This document shows positions 58,825 through 64,000 of a DNA stretch of 64,000 nt, piece after piece. The translations under genes were made by a program, and so were the position numbers. The DNA is taken from assembly GCA_964556895.1 (NCBI GenBank), contig CAZKYC010000004.1:11964-75963 (forward strand), given 5' to 3'. How positions within the stretch are numbered: the stretch's first letter is position 1; every line of letters begins with the position of its first letter. The notes beneath the pieces were generated by a model. That model was not told the origin of the DNA. It ran no database searches and worked only from the letters and a program-made list of their open reading frames with translations. The stretch comes from an uncultured bacterium. GTDB taxonomy: Bacteria; Hinthialibacterota; Hinthialibacteria; Hinthialibacterales; Hinthialibacteraceae.

Positions 58825-60435
58825 ATGAAGAGCTCAATTCAATCTAATTTAGCGTTTGCGTTGCCGCTTACGGTCATGGCGTTGGTCGTATTCGCCATTG
58901 TAGGCCAGTCCTATTCGGTTGCTACCCGCGTACTCTACCCGATAGACGACCCCTACATTCATTTGGCGATGGCGCGCCATTTCGCTGAACATGGCCTATG
59001 GGGCGTGTCGCTCGCCGGGTTTAGCGCGAGTTCGTCTTCACCCGGATGGACCGCTCTGTTAGCCAGCGGGTTTTATCTGTTCGGTTCTCAAGAATGGCTG
59101 CCGCTCGCGCTCAACATGGCCGCTGGTCTTGCCCTCATCTGGCTGTTTTGCGTCTATTTGATCCACCAACAATGGCATTGGGCCGCTGCAGGCGCAACCG
59201 CAACGCTTGTGTGTTTTGTTCTTCCCCTGCCCGCCTTGGTTTGTTTGGGCATGGAGCATACCGTTCATGTTTTGTTCGCCGCGTTGCTGGCCTATCTGGC
59301 GGCGCGGCAGCAAACTGAAAGCCCAGATTCTTCCCCCAGTTTGTTGTTTTGCACAGCGGCCGTCGCCACCGCCTTTCGTTTTGAAACCGTCTTTGTGGTT
59401 GCTCCACTGGCGTTGATGTTTATCGCGCGAAAGCAATGGAAGACCGCGCTGGGCGCGACCATCTTTAGCGCGCTGCCGATTGTCGTCATGGGCGCAATTC
59501 AACTCGCCAACGGATGGGAATTTTTCCCGGCGTCTATTGTACGCAAGAGCGTCTTGGGCCAAGCCGGACTGGCGTTTTATTCGCAACTATACACGCGCTT
59601 GTTTGGGCAATTGTTTAACACCGGGCATCTACTGGTTCCGTATGTGTTGTGTCTGGTGGTGTTCTGGCGTAAGAGCGGCCGACCCTGGAGCCAAGAGCGC
59701 GTATTGAGCGGGGTGTATTTGTGCGCCGCGCTGCTGCATTGCGCCGCCGCGTCGATTGGTTGGTTTTACCGCTACGAAGCCTACCTGTTGGCCATCGCCT
59801 TTCTGGCGCTGGCGCCGCTGGGGCCAGAACTCTGGCAAAAATGGAAGACGCTCGCCAGCGAATCTTCATTCACCGAGCGTTGGACGCTCAGGGCCCTTGC
59901 GCTGGCGGCGGCGATTCTACTCACGACGCCCTATGTCTGGAACGCATCGTCAATCGCCAAAATCGCGCCCGGTTCTACCAACCTGTTTCAACAGCAATAC
60001 CAAATGGGATTGTTTTTGCGCGAGTATTATCAGGGCGAAACCGTGGCCGCCAATGACATTGGCGCGATCAACTTTCTGGCTGACATTCGTTGTCTTGATG
60101 GGATGGGTCTGGGCAGCCGCGAGCCGTCGCTGGCGGCGCAGCGCGGGCGCCTCAACGCGGATTTCATTGACACATGGGCGCGCCAAGAACAAGCGGCGAT
60201 CGCGGTCATCTATGAAAATTGGTGGGACGGACGGCTGCCCGCCAGTTGGATCAAGATGGGCGAGTGGACCGTTGACCAAAAAGTGTCGGTCGCTGAGCCG
60301 ACGGTATCATTCTATGCAACTGCCCCGCTTGAGGCTGAACGGTTATACGCCTGTTTAAAGCAATTCACCCCGCGCCTGCCCGACGGGGTATCGGTCGTTT
60401 TGGCCGAGAAAGACGTCCCGGCGCCGACACAGTAA
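58825..60435 (+). CDS. polytopic membrane protein, GT-C-fold glycosyltransferase-like (ArnT/PMT-like)
   Basis: Twelve or more TM helices. The first extracytoplasmic loop has a YPIDDPYIH acidic motif reminiscent of the GT-C DD/DE motif. Large C-terminal soluble domain. Confidence 0.35.
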   Translation: MKSSIQSNLAFALPLTVMALVVFAIVGQSYSVATRVLYPIDDPYIHLAMARHFAEHGLWGVSLAGFSASSSSPGWTALLASGFYLFGSQEWLPLALNMAAGLALIWLFCVYLIHQQWHWAAAGATATLVCFVLPLPALVCLGMEHTVHVLFAALLAYLAARQQTESPDSSPSLLFCTAAVATAFRFETVFVVAPLALMFIARKQWKTALGATIFSALPIVVMGAIQLANGWEFFPASIVRKSVLGQAGLAFYSQLYTRLFGQLFNTGHLLVPYVLCLVVFWRKSGRPWSQERVLSGVYLCAALLHCAAASIGWFYRYEAYLLAIAFLALAPLGPELWQKWKTLASESSFTERWTLRALALAAAILLTTPYVWNASSIAKIAPGSTNLFQQQYQMGLFLREYYQGETVAANDIGAINFLADIRCLDGMGLGSREPSLAAQRGRLNADFIDTWARQEQAAIAVIYENWWDGRLPASWIKMGEWTVDQKVSVAEPTVSFYATAPLEAERLYACLKQFTPRLPDGVSVVLAEKDVPAPTQ

Positions 60436-60489
60436 CTCGCACTCCATACACCAAACAGCGCATGTGTACCGCCGAGTTTCACCGACGCC

Positions 60490-63400
60490 TTATTCAACAG
60501 TAAAGCGAAAGGTGTTGTTCTGGTGGGTCTCTTCGTCGACCCGTTCATCGGGGTCGATGACGATTTCGAAATATTGAATATTGGCCGGGATGCGAATTCG
60601 GTTGGCGGTATAGCGCTGGCCAGGGCCTAGGCTAACGATCTCTGGAACGTAATGCTTCAGCCGTTTGTCAGACCCCTGATAGGCGAAGGCCATTTCGATC
60701 AATAGTTTCTCTACCGGACTTTCGCCATTGTTGATGATTGAAAAGTCGACGCGAACGCGCTTGCCGTCTTCGATGGGGGTCAACTGAAAGCGGTCTTCTT
60801 CGACCAACAGGTCGGCCTTGCGGCGAACCGTGACAGCCGCGTCATGAGTATTGTTATCGTCGTTGTCTTCTTCAATCTGGCCGAACGGGTCGACCGTCAT
60901 CTCAAGGTCAAAGCGCCCGGGGTTGGCGGTTGGGTCCCAGCGCAAGCGCACGGGTTTTGATTCGCCCGGGTCGAGCCGTTCAATTCTCTCGCCGCGCTGG
61001 CCGACCACGACATGAAAGGGCGCTTTCTTTTGGCCAACTGGCGCCTGACTGCCCTGAACAAACACATCTAACGCAGTCGCGCCGCCTTTGTTTTCGATCA
61101 CGCCGCTGAGAAAAATGGTCTCGCCCGACCGCGGCGAGGGTGGCGTCACCCTGACCGAACCCGGCTGTATAACGAGATCAGGCAAGCGCCCGGTTGTGGG
61201 TTCGATGATGGCGGGCGCCTCGCGCTCGAAGGGCTGAGCGCCGTGTGAGACGACGATTCGCCCGTCGCGTTTTGACAGCGCTTCGGCCCCAACAATGAGG
61301 CCGTCATGGCCAATCATATCAAACTGCGCAGCGATTGGTTCTAATTTGTTTTGCATGGTGGCGTAGTAGACCACATCGCTGCCGCTGCGCGCCCAGGCGG
61401 CGGCGTGTTGAGGGAGACGATTAAATGAGCGGCCGTCTTGTTGAAGATCTATCTGGGAACCTTGTAGGTTTACAGCCAGTTGAAGCGGGCGAAACTCTGG
61501 AAGCCGAATGGTCGGGTCGCCCAAAAAACAAAACTGGTCAGCGGGTTCAAACACTTGTTGATAGGCCAAGCCGATCAGGTTGCCCGCGAGCAACACCTGC
61601 CCCATGGTTGACAGGCCATAGTGAAACAGCGCTTCGTGAATGCCCCGCGCCAGAATGATGTGGTCATGCGGGTAGCCCCGCCCCGCCGCGCCCAATAGGC
61701 CCACCGCGCCGCCATTGGGGTGAATCAACAGATCTTCGCCGATAGAGATGTTCCATTTTTGGCGTGGATAGTCAAAGGTAGTGGTCTCGCAGCTGAACGA
61801 CCAAAACAGAAAGGGCCGCTCTTGGTTGGTCAGCTTTTTTACATCGGTGAAGCGCGACCCGCCGCCAAAAAACAGGCGCTCGTTGCCCACTACATTAGGC
61901 GCGCCGTGGCCAAAAAACTGCATTAGCCAGACGCCTTCGTTCAAGATGCGAATCACGTCGCGGGTGGCGGCCAGGCTGGTCTTGGCGCGGTTAGCGGCGC
62001 GCAGTTTTTCAGGCAGGTAGATGTTGTCAATCAACGGATACTCTTTGACATGGCGCTGGGCCAGCCGAAACCCTTGGGGGATCCATTCGTCGACGAGTTC
62101 TTCCGTAAAACGGTCAAACCCGTGGTCGGTCAAAACAAACATTTTGTTTAGCCACGGCGCTGGCTCGATCTCTTCTTTGTAGCGGACCGTCTTATGAATC
62201 AATGTTGCGAGTTCGTCTTTCGAACGCAGCGGCCAACGCCCGATCATCATGTCCGGCGCCGCGTCGCCCTCGCCGTCTAAACAGACAAACCAGTTTTCGA
62301 CCGCGTAGTTGGGATGAGCGCGATAGCCGGGAACATAGTTCTTTACGCCAACCCCATAGCGGTTGTGGTAGTCCCACGAGGCGTCGCCGATCAGCAAGAC
62401 ATACGACGGCGAGGGGCGCTTCCAGGTTTGGTAGGCGTAGCGCAAAAACTCGCGCACGGCGAACGGAGACAAGCCCCCATCGCCAAAGCGGTCATAGATG
62501 GCTTCGATGGAGGCGGTCCTCACGGTATACCCCAGCCTCATGAGCGAATCGCGAAACGGCGCCAGGGTTGAACGCCAATCTGACGGCGCAATCAATACGA
62601 CATCAGACTGAGACAGATTTAACAAATCGTTGACGGCGAGGCTGGTTGGGTCATAGAGTTTGAGTCGGGGGCGAGTGATAAAACGGTTTGCCTTATCCAC
62701 ATATAAATCGCCGGCGCCATATGAATAGATTACTGAATCGTTATTTGAAATGGTCGCTGGCTGGCTCTCATCATCAGGCAGCCAAATCGCGCGTGAGAGG
62801 TCTGGCAATGGTATGACTAACTCGCCAGGCGGGGTTTGATAGGCGTTTGTCGACGGTAGTATGTTTGTCGCATAACTCACGTCAAACCAGTCAAGATAGA
62901 GTTCGTCAAATACCCGTTGAGTGGTCGCAGAATCAACGCCTTTGAATGAAAGACGATGGGTGTGTTTTGTGATTAAATCTCGCGATACATCACCGGTTGC
63001 GGTGATATAGCCTGTCCCGGTTGAGACTGTCCAGTCAATAAGGGTTCCATCAAGGGCCGGGGTGACATGTTTGACCAACAATTCAGAGCGGACATTGCCG
63101 ATATAAAAGCGCATTTTAATTGCGCCGGTTGCCGAAAAGGCAGTCTCATTGAAGCGGTAGTCAAACTCTGGCGTCGCTTGATTGAGAAGGTCGGCCCACA
63201 TCCAATGTTGGTTTTGTTCTTCATTGGTAGACTTTCCGTCAATAAAAATATGGTCTTGTTCTAACCGTTTGGTTTGGAGGAGAGGGACGACTCGGTCTGA
63301 TTGTTTTTTCTGTGTAGTTTCTTCAAACACGCGGGCCGACTCTGGGTCGACAGCAAACCAAGTCACGGTTTCGGTGGCGAAGGCGCTGTCTGACGCAGGC

Positions 63401-63963
63401 GCATGAAACACGATTGAGTCACCGTCAGTTAACAAGCCCTGTCGTTTGACGGCGCCATCATTGTTAATTATCGCCCGCGGGATTGGCTCGCCCTGTTGAA
63501 ACAGCGCCAGGCGCGATGAGTCTAAATCTTGTTCAAAGACGCCTAACAAGTCGCTGGCGCGCAGTGAGACGGCGCCCTGGGTTTGATGGACCAACTTCAC
63601 CGCCCGTGTTTCATGATAGGGCGCGACGGCAAACTCTTTGGTTGACGCAATCGTTCTCAGCGGTTCATTCAACAGCAACGCGCTGGCGATTGGCGCAATA
63701 TCATTCGGGAACCCATCAAACCGCATGGGATCAAGTTGATTAAATTGGACGCGAATCTTGCCGTTCGGGAACGAGACGGTGTCCTCCGCCGCGCTGGAGT
63801 AGTAAAAACGCAGCTGCATCGACGCGATGCGCGCGCCCGCCAGATAGCCCAGTTCATGAATGGTCAAGCGAGGTTGGGTCCGGCGCGGGTTCTTTTTTTT
63901 AAAATCCGCCTGGTCGCCTGACTGAGGGGTAGCGCCGTGAACCTGCCAATCAAACGAAACCAC
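60490..63963 (-). CDS. large peptidase C25 (gingipain)-like domain protein, 5-prime end beyond window
   Basis: Central region has ...LLIGDASWDY..., FFGHGAPN (candidate catalytic His) and FSCETT (candidate catalytic Cys) in gingipain-like spacing. Ig-like beta-rich regions flank it. No signal peptide at the first in-window Met, so the true start probably lies beyond 64000. Confidence 0.45.
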   Translation of the reverse strand: MVSFDWQVHGATPQSGDQADFKKKNPRRTQPRLTIHELGYLAGARIASMQLRFYYSSAAEDTVSFPNGKIRVQFNQLDPMRFDGFPNDIAPIASALLLNEPLRTIASTKEFAVAPYHETRAVKLVHQTQGAVSLRASDLLGVFEQDLDSSRLALFQQGEPIPRAIINNDGAVKRQGLLTDGDSIVFHAPASDSAFATETVTWFAVDPESARVFEETTQKKQSDRVVPLLQTKRLEQDHIFIDGKSTNEEQNQHWMWADLLNQATPEFDYRFNETAFSATGAIKMRFYIGNVRSELLVKHVTPALDGTLIDWTVSTGTGYITATGDVSRDLITKHTHRLSFKGVDSATTQRVFDELYLDWFDVSYATNILPSTNAYQTPPGELVIPLPDLSRAIWLPDDESQPATISNNDSVIYSYGAGDLYVDKANRFITRPRLKLYDPTSLAVNDLLNLSQSDVVLIAPSDWRSTLAPFRDSLMRLGYTVRTASIEAIYDRFGDGGLSPFAVREFLRYAYQTWKRPSPSYVLLIGDASWDYHNRYGVGVKNYVPGYRAHPNYAVENWFVCLDGEGDAAPDMMIGRWPLRSKDELATLIHKTVRYKEEIEPAPWLNKMFVLTDHGFDRFTEELVDEWIPQGFRLAQRHVKEYPLIDNIYLPEKLRAANRAKTSLAATRDVIRILNEGVWLMQFFGHGAPNVVGNERLFFGGGSRFTDVKKLTNQERPFLFWSFSCETTTFDYPRQKWNISIGEDLLIHPNGGAVGLLGAAGRGYPHDHIILARGIHEALFHYGLSTMGQVLLAGNLIGLAYQQVFEPADQFCFLGDPTIRLPEFRPLQLAVNLQGSQIDLQQDGRSFNRLPQHAAAWARSGSDVVYYATMQNKLEPIAAQFDMIGHDGLIVGAEALSKRDGRIVVSHGAQPFEREAPAIIEPTTGRLPDLVIQPGSVRVTPPSPRSGETIFLSGVIENKGGATALDVFVQGSQAPVGQKKAPFHVVVGQRGERIERLDPGESKPVRLRWDPTANPGRFDLEMTVDPFGQIEEDNDDNNTHDAAVTVRRKADLLVEEDRFQLTPIEDGKRVRVDFSIINNGESPVEKLLIEMAFAYQGSDKRLKHYVPEIVSLGPGQRYTANRIRIPANIQYFEIVIDPDERVDEETHQNNTFRFTVE

Positions 63964-64000
63964 CGACTGGGTGGCGTGTTGAATCGGCCCCGGCAGCGCC

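Noticed and set aside
58825-60435. Calling the membrane protein a specific enzyme (STT3/AglB oligosaccharyltransferase or PMT).
   Set aside because: Only a short acidic loop motif and topology support a GT-C fold. The sequence evidence is insufficient for a family-level call.
63964-64000. Start of the C25-like ORF at the window edge.
   Set aside because: The ORF has no in-window signal peptide and runs to the boundary. The true start cannot be determined, so the feature is reported as partial rather than assigning a start.

Overview
This 64 kb window is a gene-dense chromosomal segment from what appears to be a Gram-negative bacterium. Evidence for Gram-negative: a TatA gene, a twin-arginine signal, an outer-membrane-type beta-barrel ORF ending in Phe, and lipoprotein signals. 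GC is about 55-60% by eye. Many genes use GTG or TTG starts.

The window opens with an origin-proximal-looking block: dapB, rsmG (gidB), parA, parB, then an HD-GYP c-di-GMP phosphodiesterase and tsaC, all on the + strand. Recognisable housekeeping genes follow: rpsU, pckG (GTP-type PEPCK), a stand-alone fusA, panB-panC-panD-nadB, and bioA and bioD.

The remainder is accessory-like cell-envelope, secreted and signalling content:
- a GH5-like hydrolase and two tandem NfeD genes;
- a DUF3179 / epimerase / GT4 / FGE-sulfatase-domain / MBL cluster;
- a Pro/Thr-linker secreted protein with an OMP-like partner;
- a B12-binding radical SAM enzyme;
- a three-CBM-like secreted protein and an FG-GAP/beta-helix protein;
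- a PmoA-family protein paired with a TAT-dependent Gfo/Idh/MocA oxidoreductase;
- a protein-tyrosine phosphatase;
- a second, sensor-linked HD-GYP protein and two pectate-lyase-fold beta-helix proteins in a lower-GC stretch;
- a pyruvoyl-dependent arginine decarboxylase;
- a STAS protein and TatA;
- a GT26 (WecG/TagA) domain fused to a WbaP-type phosphoglycosyltransferase;
- an HExxH secreted protein, DUF4416, a GT-C-like membrane protein, and a large C25 (gingipain-like) peptidase-like ORF that runs off the window edge.

The structure that genes do not explain is a set of interspersed repeats:
- a roughly 113-nt element present four times in the same orientation;
- a family of REP-like GC-hairpin elements, eight or more copies;
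- a 120-bp direct repeat bracketing bioA;
- a 166-bp tandem array (2.8 copies) wedged between bioA and bioD that ends exactly at the bioD stop codon.

Also present: a 3-prime remnant of an S9 peptidase gene sitting next to a low-GC insertion-like block. No CRISPR array, tRNA, rRNA, transposase or integrase gene was found.
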